DNA from: a virus
Length of the DNA stretch: 64,000 nt
Reading direction: 5' to 3' (one strand)
IMG/VR virus record: IMGVR_UViG_3300034069_001161
Location: 1-64,000 of that record
The notes beneath the pieces are model-generated. The model worked only from the letters and a program-made list of their open reading frames with translations, was not told the DNA's origin and ran no database searches. Position numbers and translations under genes: made by a program. This document shows, piece by piece, positions 17,062 through 24,254 of the stretch (the stretch's first letter is position 1; every line of letters starts with the position of its first letter).

Positions 17062-17283
17062 TCACGGCTTGAACTCGATCAGGGCGATCGCGTCGAAGAA
17101 CACCACCGCCGCGGTGGTGTCCGACATCACCGACCGGCGGCCGATCAGGCCGTCCTCGGTGACCTGCTCGATGATGAAGTCGAAGCCGGCGCCGCCGGCG
17201 AGCATGACGTAGCAACGCACGTTGCCGCGGGTGACCGCCGCGTTGACCGCGGCGATGCCGTTACGAAGCGCTGGGGCGGGCAT
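17062..17283 (-). CDS. hypothetical protein (73 aa)
   Basis: ORF track. Confidence 0.5.
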   Translation of the reverse strand: MPAPALRNGIAAVNAAVTRGNVRCYVMLAGGAGFDFIIEQVTEDGLIGRRSVMSDTTAAVVFFDAIALIEFKP

Positions 17284-17848
17284 GGATCTTGGCCTCCGTG
17301 GGTGTGCCGTCGGTGCGGATGATTTCGAGGGCGAACGAGGCCATCGGATAGTCCGACCAGATGCCGGATAGGACCGTCAGCCCTCTGGTGTTGGAGAGCG
17401 GGCCGCGGAGGTCCATCGGGTAGAACCCGCTGTCGATGAACGGCACGTTCTCGATGCGCAGCGCCGAGCCCGCGCCACCCTTGCGGATATTGGGCGTGCC
17501 GTCGAGGTTGAACTGCATGGGCTCATCCCATGAACGGCCGCCGGGGTCGTAGGTGCTCATCACGAGGATGCGCTCGGGCTGGCCGGGCATCTGGATACGG
17601 CCGACGTTCAGGCACTGGCGGTCGTGCTCTTGCGAGTCGGTGAAGCGGATCGGGCGGGTGGTGTCGATCATGCGGATGGCCTCCAAATCTTCGGGTCTGA
17701 TCTCACGACCCCGGTCGCTGATGCCCCAGCTGCGATCGAACTTGACCTCGATGCGACCACGACTGCTGATCGCGGTGACGGTGGCGTCGATGCCGTGCCA
17801 ATCGAGGCGCGAAGGCCCGATGTAGCGGACGCGATCACCGGTCTGCAT
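17261..17848 (-). CDS. hypothetical protein with one GDRVRYIG repeat (195 aa)
   Basis: Trimmed to ATG 17848: MQTGDRVRYIGP...IDTTRP. Confidence 0.65.
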   Translation of the reverse strand: MQTGDRVRYIGPSRLDWHGIDATVTAISSRGRIEVKFDRSWGISDRGREIRPEDLEAIRMIDTTRPIRFTDSQEHDRQCLNVGRIQMPGQPERILVMSTYDPGGRSWDEPMQFNLDGTPNIRKGGAGSALRIENVPFIDSGFYPMDLRGPLSNTRGLTVLSGIWSDYPMASFALEIIRTDGTPTEAKIHARPSAS

Positions 17849-17966
17849 TGTTCGACACCTTCGGCGCACCCGGCTTGGCCCGGCCGTTGACGAGGCTGGG
17901 CTCGACGCGCTTGCCGAAGTCCTGATGCGCCGCGGTGACGCTGGTGCGGTAGGGGCTCACGTACAT
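17835..17966 (-). CDS. possible micro-ORF (43 aa, MYVSPYRTS...)
   Basis: Not in the track (under 60 aa). AAGGAG 6 nt before ATG 17966. G/C-rich third positions. The stop overlaps the next start. Confidence 0.45.
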   Translation of the reverse strand: MYVSPYRTSVTAAHQDFGKRVEPSLVNGRAKPGAPKVSNNADR

Positions 17967-17981
17967 GTCATTCTCCTTGTG

Positions 17982-18003
17982 GGAGGCGCAGAAGTGCGCC
18001 TCC
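17982..18003 (-). promoter_or_regulatory. intercistronic stem-loop preceded by a TCTAGAACT box
   Basis: GGAGGCGCA-gaag-TGCGCCTCC, a 9-bp stem with a 4-nt loop. Confidence 0.45.
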
Positions 18004-18015
18004 TAGTTCTAGATG

Positions 18016-18276
18016 TCAACGACTAAATCGGATCGTCGACCGGGCGCGGCGGACCGCGCGGCGCCAGGCCGGCGACGGTGTGTTGACGCGGGGGAGCGCG
18101 GCGACATCGCCCTCGGCGGGGCGGATGCGCAGCGGACGGCCCTCGTAGGCACGGCGGCGCGCCATGTAGCGCATCTCGCGATCGGCGCCCTCGGGAGTGG
18201 ATGCCCGGCTGACCTCGTACCACTTGCCGTCGAGGTCGTGGTCGGAGGCGTGCTGCACCTCGATGATGTAGATCAT
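18016..18276 (-). CDS. hypothetical protein (86 aa)
   Basis: ORF track. Confidence 0.55.
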   Translation of the reverse strand: MIYIIEVQHASDHDLDGKWYEVSRASTPEGADREMRYMARRRAYEGRPLRIRPAEGDVAALPRVNTPSPAWRRAVRRARSTIRFSR

Positions 18277-18285
18277 GCTTGGTTC

Positions 18286-18678
18286 CTAGCCATACCACTT
18301 CTCCAAGATCGTCTCCATCAGCACGCGCAGGTCGGACTGCGAGTGGCCGTGGATGGTCGCCCGCATGGCGGGCTGGGGGTTGAACGAGCGGTGGGCGTGC
18401 AGCTTGAAGCCGTAGGGGCTGGGGCTAATGACGCCGACCATGAACCACCGCGCGCCGGGATACGGCGTGGGATGGCCCTTGGGGTAATAGGCCGGGTTCG
18501 ACTGCGGCGGGCAGTAGAGCGCGCACGAGCGCCACGCCGTCTGCCGGCCGCTGGTGCCGGCGGCGATCTCGCAATAGGCGAGGCCCGTGCGGGCGCTGAT
18601 CGCGGTGCCGCGGATGGTGCGGTTGGGCGTGAGGACGCCGTCAACCGCGAGGACGCGGGGAGGGATGGGCAGCAGCAT
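18286..18678 (-). CDS. hypothetical protein (130 aa)
   Basis: ORF 18286..18735 trimmed to ATG 18678 (AAGGA upstream). There is a faint resemblance to DUF2778/L,D-transpeptidase-like folds, but no catalytic Cys. Confidence 0.5.
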   Translation of the reverse strand: MLLPIPPRVLAVDGVLTPNRTIRGTAISARTGLAYCEIAAGTSGRQTAWRSCALYCPPQSNPAYYPKGHPTPYPGARWFMVGVISPSPYGFKLHAHRSFNPQPAMRATIHGHSQSDLRVLMETILEKWYG

Positions 18679-19102
18679 AGAACTTGGTCCTTGCATCGGC
18701 TTGGCTGTCCCCATCGTCGAGGAAGAAGCCTTCACGGGGTTCGATGTTGTGAGCCGTCAGCAAGCTCACAGCGAGGCCGGGCGCATTTTCTGCGCTGGCT
18801 GGGTTCATGGCGGACACGCGCAGCGCGAAGTCGAGGCACCGGATGCCCAGTTCCTCGGCGCGCATGGCGCGCTGCTGGTTGGCGTCGACTTGGCTGCGCC
18901 ACTGCTCGGTGATCTCGTGGGCGTGGTGCCAGCTCTTGACCCTGTTGATCGAGAAGCTGTCGCCCCACAGGTTCGCCCCGCCGACGCTGAACCCCGCCTG
19001 CGGGTTGGGCAGTAAGTCGTTGAGAAAGTTGGAGAGTTGCAGGTCGCTGCACACGATCCGTGCGCGGTCGAACGCCTTGCGGGCTTGGTCGAACGAGATC
19101 AT
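18641..19102 (-). CDS. hypothetical protein (153 aa)
   Basis: ORF track. Confidence 0.6.
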   Translation of the reverse strand: MISFDQARKAFDRARIVCSDLQLSNFLNDLLPNPQAGFSVGGANLWGDSFSINRVKSWHHAHEITEQWRSQVDANQQRAMRAEELGIRCLDFALRVSAMNPASAENAPGLAVSLLTAHNIEPREGFFLDDGDSQADARTKFYAAAHPSPRPRG

Positions 19103-19224
19103 GCCCGCGCCCGCCCGCGCTTGGCGAGACCCCGGATGAGGTCGGTGATTGACATGCGGACGCCGGGGTTGTGCGGGTGGATGGAGACGCGCACGAAGCC
19201 GGGTTCGGTGGCCTTAACGTACAT
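19099..19224 (-). CDS. possible micro-ORF (41 aa, MYVKATEPG...)
   Basis: Not in the track. GAAGGAG before ATG 19224. The start overlaps the upstream stop (ATGTACGTTAA). The stop overlaps the next ATG (ATGA). Confidence 0.45.
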   Translation of the reverse strand: MYVKATEPGFVRVSIHPHNPGVRMSITDLIRGLAKRGRARA

Positions 19225-19543
19225 CGTACTTCTCCTTCAACTCGGCCAGCTTGGCGTCGAAGCGATCGGCGTTCCGGTCGAACGCCCGTTGCAGGGCCTC
19301 GAAGTCGTCGATCTGGTCGTCTGGGACCGAGATCGCCTTGGTGACGTCGTAGCGGCCCGCGATCAGCGAGCCGATCCGCTTGGAGTCGTAGCCCAAGCGG
19401 GCGAGGCGGCGGCGGTCCTTGGGCGTCATCATGGCGCCGATCGCGCAGGGGCCGGTGTAGGTGCACGTGGCCATGCGGCCCGGCTGGCTGGTGGTTTCGC
19501 GGGAGACCTTGGCGAGGTCACGGCGCATGTCGAGTTCGATCAT
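19214..19543 (-). CDS. hypothetical protein (109 aa) with ATC-x5-CAIG motif
   Basis: Trimmed to ATG 19543 (GAAGGA upstream; MIELDMRRD...). Confidence 0.55.
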   Translation of the reverse strand: MIELDMRRDLAKVSRETTSQPGRMATCTYTGPCAIGAMMTPKDRRRLARLGYDSKRIGSLIAGRYDVTKAISVPDDQIDDFEALQRAFDRNADRFDAKLAELKEKYDVR

Positions 19544-19544
19544 C

Positions 19545-20024
19545 TCAATATCCTTCGTACAAGGAGAGAAACTGCTCGCCCTCGGTGCTGTCCACAAAGT
19601 CCCTAGGCACGTCATGTTCGAGGTAGTAGCGGATGCGCTTGGCGGCGCCGTGGTGGGTGTTGTCGAAGTGAGCCCACGCGCCTCCGAACATCCACTCGAA
19701 CTCGATGCCGTCGCGGCTATCGAGGAAGAAGGTGTTGGAATACCCGAACCAGTCGACGCCGCTCCGGCGGATGTGCTCGGGCAGCGCGAGGATGCCGGCG
19801 GTGGGTCCGTGGCCGATAGCGCAGGCGACCGCTCCGCAGGTGGCGACGCCGCCGTTTTCGAGGGCGTACTTGGCCTCGGCGGCGCGGAACTCCTCGTTCA
19901 TCTTGTCCAGAAAACTTTTGCTCACCGGCTGGAGAAAGTCGTCCATCGAGAAGGCCGCGTAGTTGACCGGCAGGGCGGTGAGGTAGGCGGCGAGCTTGGC
20001 GAGGTTGGCGCGCTTGTCGATCAT
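19545..20024 (-). CDS. hypothetical protein (159 aa) with ATC-x4-CAIGH motif
   Basis: Trimmed to ATG 20024 (AAGGAG upstream; MIDKRANLAKL...). Confidence 0.6.
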   Translation of the reverse strand: MIDKRANLAKLAAYLTALPVNYAAFSMDDFLQPVSKSFLDKMNEEFRAAEAKYALENGGVATCGAVACAIGHGPTAGILALPEHIRRSGVDWFGYSNTFFLDSRDGIEFEWMFGGAWAHFDNTHHGAAKRIRYYLEHDVPRDFVDSTEGEQFLSLYEGY

Positions 20025-20052
20025 CTTGGATCTCCTTGGGGCTGGTCTTAAT

Positions 20053-20080
20053 CTAGCCGTGGTGGTGAGACCACGGCTAG
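20053..20080 (-). promoter_or_regulatory. intercistronic stem-loop
   Basis: CTAGCCGTGGT-6 nt-ACCACGGCTAG, an 11-bp perfect stem with no U tract. Confidence 0.45.
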
Positions 20081-20086
20081 GGAAGA

Positions 20087-20371
20087 TCAGAGGAACAGGT
20101 GCCAGATGTAGCCTAGACCCCATGCGAACAGGATCAGGAGCAGCTGGCCGAGAAGCACCCCGAAGCTGTACTCGGCGAAGGACTGGCCGGGTTGGCGCTC
20201 GACCGAGGTCTTGAGGTGGCTGACGAACAGGGTGACGATGATCGTGAGGCCGATCGCCTGCACGATGCCGAGGTGGAAGGGCGTGAACCACGTCACGAGG
20301 TCGGACAGCACGAGGCCGCGCAACAGCGCCAGCGGGATGCCGAGCAGGACGAGGATGAGGAAGGCGATCAT
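20087..20371 (-). CDS. membrane protein (94 aa, about three hydrophobic segments)
   Basis: MIAFLILVLLGIPLALL...IGLTIIVTLFV...LLGQLLLILFAWGLGYI. Confidence 0.65.
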   Translation of the reverse strand: MIAFLILVLLGIPLALLRGLVLSDLVTWFTPFHLGIVQAIGLTIIVTLFVSHLKTSVERQPGQSFAEYSFGVLLGQLLLILFAWGLGYIWHLFL

Positions 20372-20372
20372 G

Positions 20373-20729
20373 TTAGACTCCGGGATTGGGGTTGAGGTCG
20401 ATCGAGATGGGCACGCCGTCGACCAGTGTCAGCGTGACCGCAACGGGCTGGCCCGTCGTGGTGTAGATAACCGAGTTCTCGGTGGTGGTCGAGGGTTCGT
20501 TGTAGAACTCGAGGTTCGAACCCCACTGGCCGCTAGCAATGCGGCCGGTGGTGGGGTCGATCACCAGCGGGGTGCCGCCGAGAGCCGGGGAAATGAGGAG
20601 CAGGTTGGGGTTGTCGAGATCACGGCCAAGGACGCGGTAGCCGCGGCCGTCAAGCTCACGTTGAGAGGAGGCCGCACGATGCTTGTCGAGGTGGCGGACC
20701 TTGAGCGGGCGTTTGGGGTCGAGGATCAT
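20373..20729 (-). CDS. hypothetical protein (118 aa)
   Basis: ORF track. ATGA coupling upstream. Confidence 0.6.
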   Translation of the reverse strand: MILDPKRPLKVRHLDKHRAASSQRELDGRGYRVLGRDLDNPNLLLISPALGGTPLVIDPTTGRIASGQWGSNLEFYNEPSTTTENSVIYTTTGQPVAVTLTLVDGVPISIDLNPNPGV

Positions 20730-20941
20730 GAGCGATGGCCTTTCTTCTGGCGCTTGCGGTCGGGACGGGCACGGTCCTTGCGGATGAAGAACGTGAAGCG
20801 GATGCGCGACAGGACCTCGTGGAGGTCGTCGGCGAGCGTGGGATGGCCGCTGTAGCGCATCAGCGCGTAGCGGTGGTCGGGGGCGTAGTCCTGCTGGTCG
20901 TAGAAGGACTCGCGGCGGTCGTACAGGAAGGGGCGGGACAT
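20726..20941 (-). CDS. hypothetical protein (71 aa)
   Basis: ORF track. GGAGAA before the ATG. First gene downstream of the AT-rich region. Confidence 0.6.
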   Translation of the reverse strand: MSRPFLYDRRESFYDQQDYAPDHRYALMRYSGHPTLADDLHEVLSRIRFTFFIRKDRARPDRKRQKKGHRS

Positions 20942-21013
20942 GCCGGTTCTCCAGATCGAGGACGTGGGTCAGGTCTAGGGCCTGGTGGGTCGCTCCTAGC
21001 TTTCCTCAAAAAG

Positions 21014-21114
21014 CCCAAAGTTACCCTGTAATTTGTATGGTATTTATATATAATCTATATGAGTAGATCTATAAATAAATTGTATAAAGGATGGAGTTAC
21101 TGGGTAACTTTGGG
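21014..21114. promoter_or_regulatory. AT-rich 75-bp core flanked by a perfect 13-bp inverted repeat (candidate promoter/operator or origin)
   Basis: CCCAAAGTTACCC (21014..21026) and GGGTAACTTTGGG (21102..21114) bracket tgtaatttgtatggtatttatatataatctatatgagtagatctataaataaattgtataaagg... Confidence 0.5.
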
Positions 21115-21165
21115 GATTTTTACTCCCAACCGAACGAGCATGAGCCCGCCTCCGAGCAGGAGCGG

Positions 21166-21615
21166 TCAGCCGGCGACGTGGAAGCCAACCGGCACGGCCA
21201 GCGCACGCGAGCGGCCCCTACCGGTATTCACGCAGTTGTTCACCTGATCGGGCGTGAGACCCGTCGCACGAGCGATCTTGGGCATCGACAGGCCCTCGTC
21301 CCGCATGTCCAGCAGGGCTAGGCGCACGAGCGGCGGCAGCGACCCGTAGGTCCAGCCGCCATCCTGCATGGCCCTTAAACATTTAAGACCGTCGTCTCTC
21401 GTCACGTCCGCCATGTTGGCCTCGACATAAGGACCGATGTGGTCCTTCATATGCTCGGCGAGCTGACGCATCGCGCGAACAGCCCCGCCCGGCCAGTGGA
21501 AGATCCACTTGGCACGGCGGAGCCCGACGGTTTCCACGAACGCGGCCAGCTCCAGCGCGTCGCCCCAGTCCAGCTTGTCCAGCCAAAGGAGGGGCGCGAC
21601 GCGCCGAAACTTCAT
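21166..21615 (-). CDS. putative transcription regulator with C-terminal HTH (start uncertain: 21615, 21672 or 21741)
   Basis: LLDMRDEGLSMPKIARATGLTPDQVNNCV resembles a sigma-r4/resolvase-type HTH. One CTTAAACATTTAAG box lies inside the gene. Confidence 0.55.
   Translation of the reverse strand: MKFRRVAPLLWLDKLDWGDALELAAFVETVGLRRAKWIFHWPGGAVRAMRQLAEHMKDHIGPYVEANMADVTRDDGLKCLRAMQDGGWTYGSLPPLVRLALLDMRDEGLSMPKIARATGLTPDQVNNCVNTGRGRSRALAVPVGFHVAG
21374..21387. repeat. CTTAAACATTTAAG box (copy 1, inside the HTH gene)
   Basis: Exact 14-mer. Confidence 0.8.
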
Positions 21616-21628
21616 GGAGGTATAACGC

Positions 21629-21886
21629 TCAGCTGCGGGAAGCAGCGCGTCGCAGTCGTACGGCACGGCCATAGTCCGTGGGATACCAATGATACGAGCC
21701 GTCGGCAAGCTCATGCGGATAGGTGTGCCCCCGGACCTCATCCCACAAATCGTGGGCGCGGCGATTGCGATCGGCCCGGTCCTCCTCGGCGCGCCGGCGC
21801 GCCTCGTCGGGGCTCACCCACCACAGGTCATGGATGACGCACCCGACCAGCAGGAGCACGAGGCCGCTGCCAAGGACATAGATCAT
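21629..21886 (-). CDS. small membrane-anchored protein (85 aa)
   Basis: Trimmed to ATG 21886 (AAGGAG 7 nt upstream): MIYVLGSGLVLLLVGCVIHDLWW... Confidence 0.5.
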   Translation of the reverse strand: MIYVLGSGLVLLLVGCVIHDLWWVSPDEARRRAEEDRADRNRRAHDLWDEVRGHTYPHELADGSYHWYPTDYGRAVRLRRAASRS

Positions 21887-21931
21887 TACAAAGCTCCTTG
21901 ACATGCTCACGCGCAGGCGTACGAGCAGGGA

Positions 21932-22303
21932 ATGGAAACGAAACTTGAGAAACGACGGCGTCAGAGCCGTGAGGCCAGCCAGCGTTGGCGCGATAGTGGG
22001 AAGGCAACGCCGTCCGTGAAACGGTGGCGTGAAGCCAATCCCGAGCGCCAACTACTTATCGCTGCGCGTAGCCGCGCAAAAGCGCGCGGGCTTGCGTTCG
22101 ATTTGGAGTTGTCGGACGTGGTAATTCCGGACGTGTGCCCGGTGTTGGGCACACCGATGGTCAGCCCCTCGCTCGATCGCAAGAACAACGACCTCGGCTA
22201 CATCAAGGGCAACGTCGTGGTGATGTCGCGTCGAGCCAACTGCCTAAAGAACGACGCGACCGTGGAGGAAATGCGGCTGATCCTCGCCTACATGGAGAAC
22301 TAG
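21932..22303 (+). CDS. HNH-type homing endonuclease (123 aa)
   Basis: SLDRKNNDLGYIKGNVVVMSRRANCLKN follows the S-DR-dN--GY--gNv----s--aN-K pattern. Lower-GC and antisense to its neighbours. Confidence 0.7.
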   Translation: METKLEKRRRQSREASQRWRDSGKATPSVKRWREANPERQLLIAARSRAKARGLAFDLELSDVVIPDVCPVLGTPMVSPSLDRKNNDLGYIKGNVVVMSRRANCLKNDATVEEMRLILAYMEN

Positions 22304-22434
22304 GCCGGGACGACCGTGTAATGCTCGCCCGAGTTCAGCTCGGCCGCATGGGCTAGGCGCAGGGCCTGACGATAGGCGTTGATGATGCCGCCGACGGGGC
22401 GGGCGCGGTCCACGTTCCAAACACGATATTTCAT
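22300..22434 (-). CDS. possible micro-ORF (44 aa, MKYRVWNVDRARP...)
   Basis: Not in the track. GGAG 8 nt before ATG 22434. G/C-rich third positions. Confidence 0.4.
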   Translation of the reverse strand: MKYRVWNVDRARPVGGIINAYRQALRLAHAAELNSGEHYTVVPA

Positions 22435-22451
22435 GGGATAATCTCCGGAGG

Positions 22452-22465
22452 CTTAAATGTTTAAG
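22452..22465. repeat. CTTAAATGTTTAAG box (copy 2)
   Basis: 14-bp near-palindrome. It contains the TAA stop of 22461..22757 and lies 18 nt before the micro-ORF start. Confidence 0.8.
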
Positions 22466-22757
22466 TGAAGGGCTGGAGGCGCTTGGCTCGCGCAATGGCG
22501 TCGCGCACGGGCGCCGCCGCGGAAACGGCAACGTTGTGCGCGATGCGCGCGGCCGACAACACGTCGGGTCGTGGAGAAGGTGCGGGCGTGGTATAGGGCC
22601 GCGCCCGCTGGAGCCGCTTGATATGCGCGCGGGACGGCGCCACAAACTCGCGGTCATGGGCCAAGCCGTAGACGTCGGCGGGCGTCAGCGGCCCGGCACG
22701 ATCGCGGTGAGCGGCCCATAGGTCCGCGTAGGACGAGCATTGCGTCGAAATGGTCAC
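22461..22757 (-). CDS. hypothetical protein (98 aa, GTG start)
   Basis: GGAGG 5 nt before GTG 22757. The track ORF starts at 22769. Confidence 0.55.
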   Translation of the reverse strand: MTISTQCSSYADLWAAHRDRAGPLTPADVYGLAHDREFVAPSRAHIKRLQRARPYTTPAPSPRPDVLSAARIAHNVAVSAAAPVRDAIARAKRLQPFT

Positions 22758-22771
22758 GGGTGCCTCCACAA

Positions 22772-22832
22772 GGGCTATGTGGCCTAGGATCGCATCCTAG
22801 GCGGCATAGCCCCCGCCCTAGCCGGGCGGGGG
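22772..22832 (-). promoter_or_regulatory. two abutting stem-loops in the 22758..22846 spacer
   Basis: First: GGGCTATG-tg-GCCTAGGAT-cgc-ATCCTAGGC-gg-CATAGCCC (22772..22812). Second: CCCCCGCCC-tagcc-GGGCGGGGG (22810..22832). Confidence 0.5.
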
Positions 22833-22837
22833 AGCGG

Positions 22838-22851
22838 CTTAAACATTTAAG
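22838..22851. repeat. CTTAAACATTTAAG box (copy 3), core of the 22-bp palindrome GCGGCTTAAA-CA-TTTAAGCCGC
   Basis: Contains the TAA stop of 22847..23521. Confidence 0.8.
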
Positions 22852-23521
22852 CCGCCAGCGACTCGCCTTCGATCATGCCGGTCGCCGCGTCGGCATCCTC
22901 GACGAGGGCGTTGATCGCCTCGACATGGGCAGGGGTCCACGTCGCCGGGTCGATCATGGCGCGGGCCATGGCGATGAGGGCGAAAAAGTCCGGGCCGGTG
23001 TCCGCCACCACGGTGGGGGTGGGGGCGGGGGCAGTCGCCGCCGCTTCAGCCTCCACGCGGTCCGCTTCCTTCCTAGCGGCCTTTTTGGCTTCGCTTGCGG
23101 CCTTGCGGATGAGGCCAGCCCGGTAGTGGATCGACGAGATACCAGCACGAATGTCGCGCTTGTCATCGTCGGACAGCGAATCGAACGACTCGGCGACGAG
23201 CCGAGCATTGGAGAAATAAACCTCCATGCGGGACTTCGCCTTCTTGCCTGCGTCCGTGGTGGCAAGCGTGCCCCACGATGCGGCGACCTTGCTATCGCCG
23301 ATCAACGCATCGAGCGTAACCGGCTTGGCATCGTCCGCCGGGTAGGCCAGCGTGAAGACGTTGGCCCCCCATGCCTTCGCCGTATCGGCTAGCTTGCCCT
23401 CCACGTCGATCACAGTGGAGACGAGCGACGCGGCGCTGGCCAGCATGATGGACCGCGCATCGGGGGCGGCGGGGTCGAACGAGAGGGCATCCGTCGAACC
23501 GTTGTCGATAACCTGAAGCAT
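22847..23521 (-). CDS. first leftward early protein, unknown function (224 aa)
   Basis: Trimmed to ATG 23521 (AAGGAA 8 nt upstream; MLQVIDNGST...). The track start at 23572 lies inside box copy 4. Confidence 0.6.
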   Translation of the reverse strand: MLQVIDNGSTDALSFDPAAPDARSIMLASAASLVSTVIDVEGKLADTAKAWGANVFTLAYPADDAKPVTLDALIGDSKVAASWGTLATTDAGKKAKSRMEVYFSNARLVAESFDSLSDDDKRDIRAGISSIHYRAGLIRKAASEAKKAARKEADRVEAEAAATAPAPTPTVVADTGPDFFALIAMARAMIDPATWTPAHVEAINALVEDADAATGMIEGESLAA

Positions 23522-23563
23522 GATAGTATTCCTTGGCTTGGGCCGCTTGAGCCGGTTGAACCA

Positions 23564-23577
23564 TTTAAACATTTAAG
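23564..23577. repeat. TTTAAACATTTAAG box (copy 4, 13 of 14 matches)
   Basis: About 45 nt upstream of the 23521 start. Confidence 0.7.
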
Positions 23578-23615
23578 CGGTCCGGGTGGGCCGCTAGGGC
23601 ACAACTCTCCCGCCA

Positions 23616-23679
23616 CCCCTCACAACCATCGTCGTGAGGGGTATGCGCTACGCATAGACATAGAGCCTATGAGTAGCGC
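23616..23679. promoter_or_regulatory. pair of adjacent stem-loops in the early leader/control region
   Basis: First: CCCCTCAC-10 nt-GTGAGGGG (23616..23641). Second: GCGCTACGCATAG-9 nt-CTATGAGTAGCGC with one mismatch (23645..23679). Confidence 0.5.
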
Positions 23680-23945
23680 CGCGGGTCCGCTGACCCATCA
23701 GCTAGAAGCCGATGTGTCCTCAATACCCGGATATATAGAATGACAAACCCCACAATGTTGATTTGACTGCGCTAGGACCTAGGCCAGGCGGTAAGCCCAT
23801 AGGGTAACACGCTTTTTTATCTTAAAAATCCACCCTCTATACCAATCATCCCCTCCCCGCCCCGCATATATTTTTCGCCAAAAATCAAGTTCTATAACTA
23901 CAAAAGGCTCTTGTCCACGCATAAATCGACGATTACAGGCAAGAA

Positions 23946-24254
23946 ATGACCGAAATCGCTCCCACATTCGCCGATAACGGCGATATCTACCTCCACGGCC
24001 GGGATGAGGCCACGATCCGGATCGTCTTCGAGAATGAAGACCTCACCGGTCGGCAGGTCTATCTGGAGATCGAGGGGGTCAGCCGAAAGCTGCTGATGGG
24101 CGATCAGAACTACCGATATCTGGTCATCACGAACGATGACATGCGGAAAATCCCGCAGAACGGAGCGCAGTACGTCGTCCGCGACGAGACCGACGTTCTT
24201 GCCGACGTGAGGCTGGACGGAATGATCCGCTGGAGGGGGTGGACCAAGCCGTGA
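23946..24254 (+). CDS. hypothetical protein, first rightward gene (102 aa)
   Basis: ORF track. Precedes the fibre-like genes. Confidence 0.55.
   Translation: MTEIAPTFADNGDIYLHGRDEATIRIVFENEDLTGRQVYLEIEGVSRKLLMGDQNYRYLVITNDDMRKIPQNGAQYVVRDETDVLADVRLDGMIRWRGWTKP

Noticed and set aside
18286-18678. Tlde1/DUF2778-type L,D-transpeptidase-like effector.
   Set aside because: The resemblance (…PYPGARWFMVG…RATIHGHSQSD) is weak, and the catalytic Cys of the HG-x-S-x-GC motif is absent.
23779-23967. 62-aa - strand ORF in the control region (also the + ORF 21059..21247 in the AT-rich region).
   Set aside because: Its composition is A/T-rich with W/F/K/R-heavy translation, unlike any real gene here. 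It has no RBS and overlaps the start of the first rightward gene. It lies in obvious promoter-type DNA.
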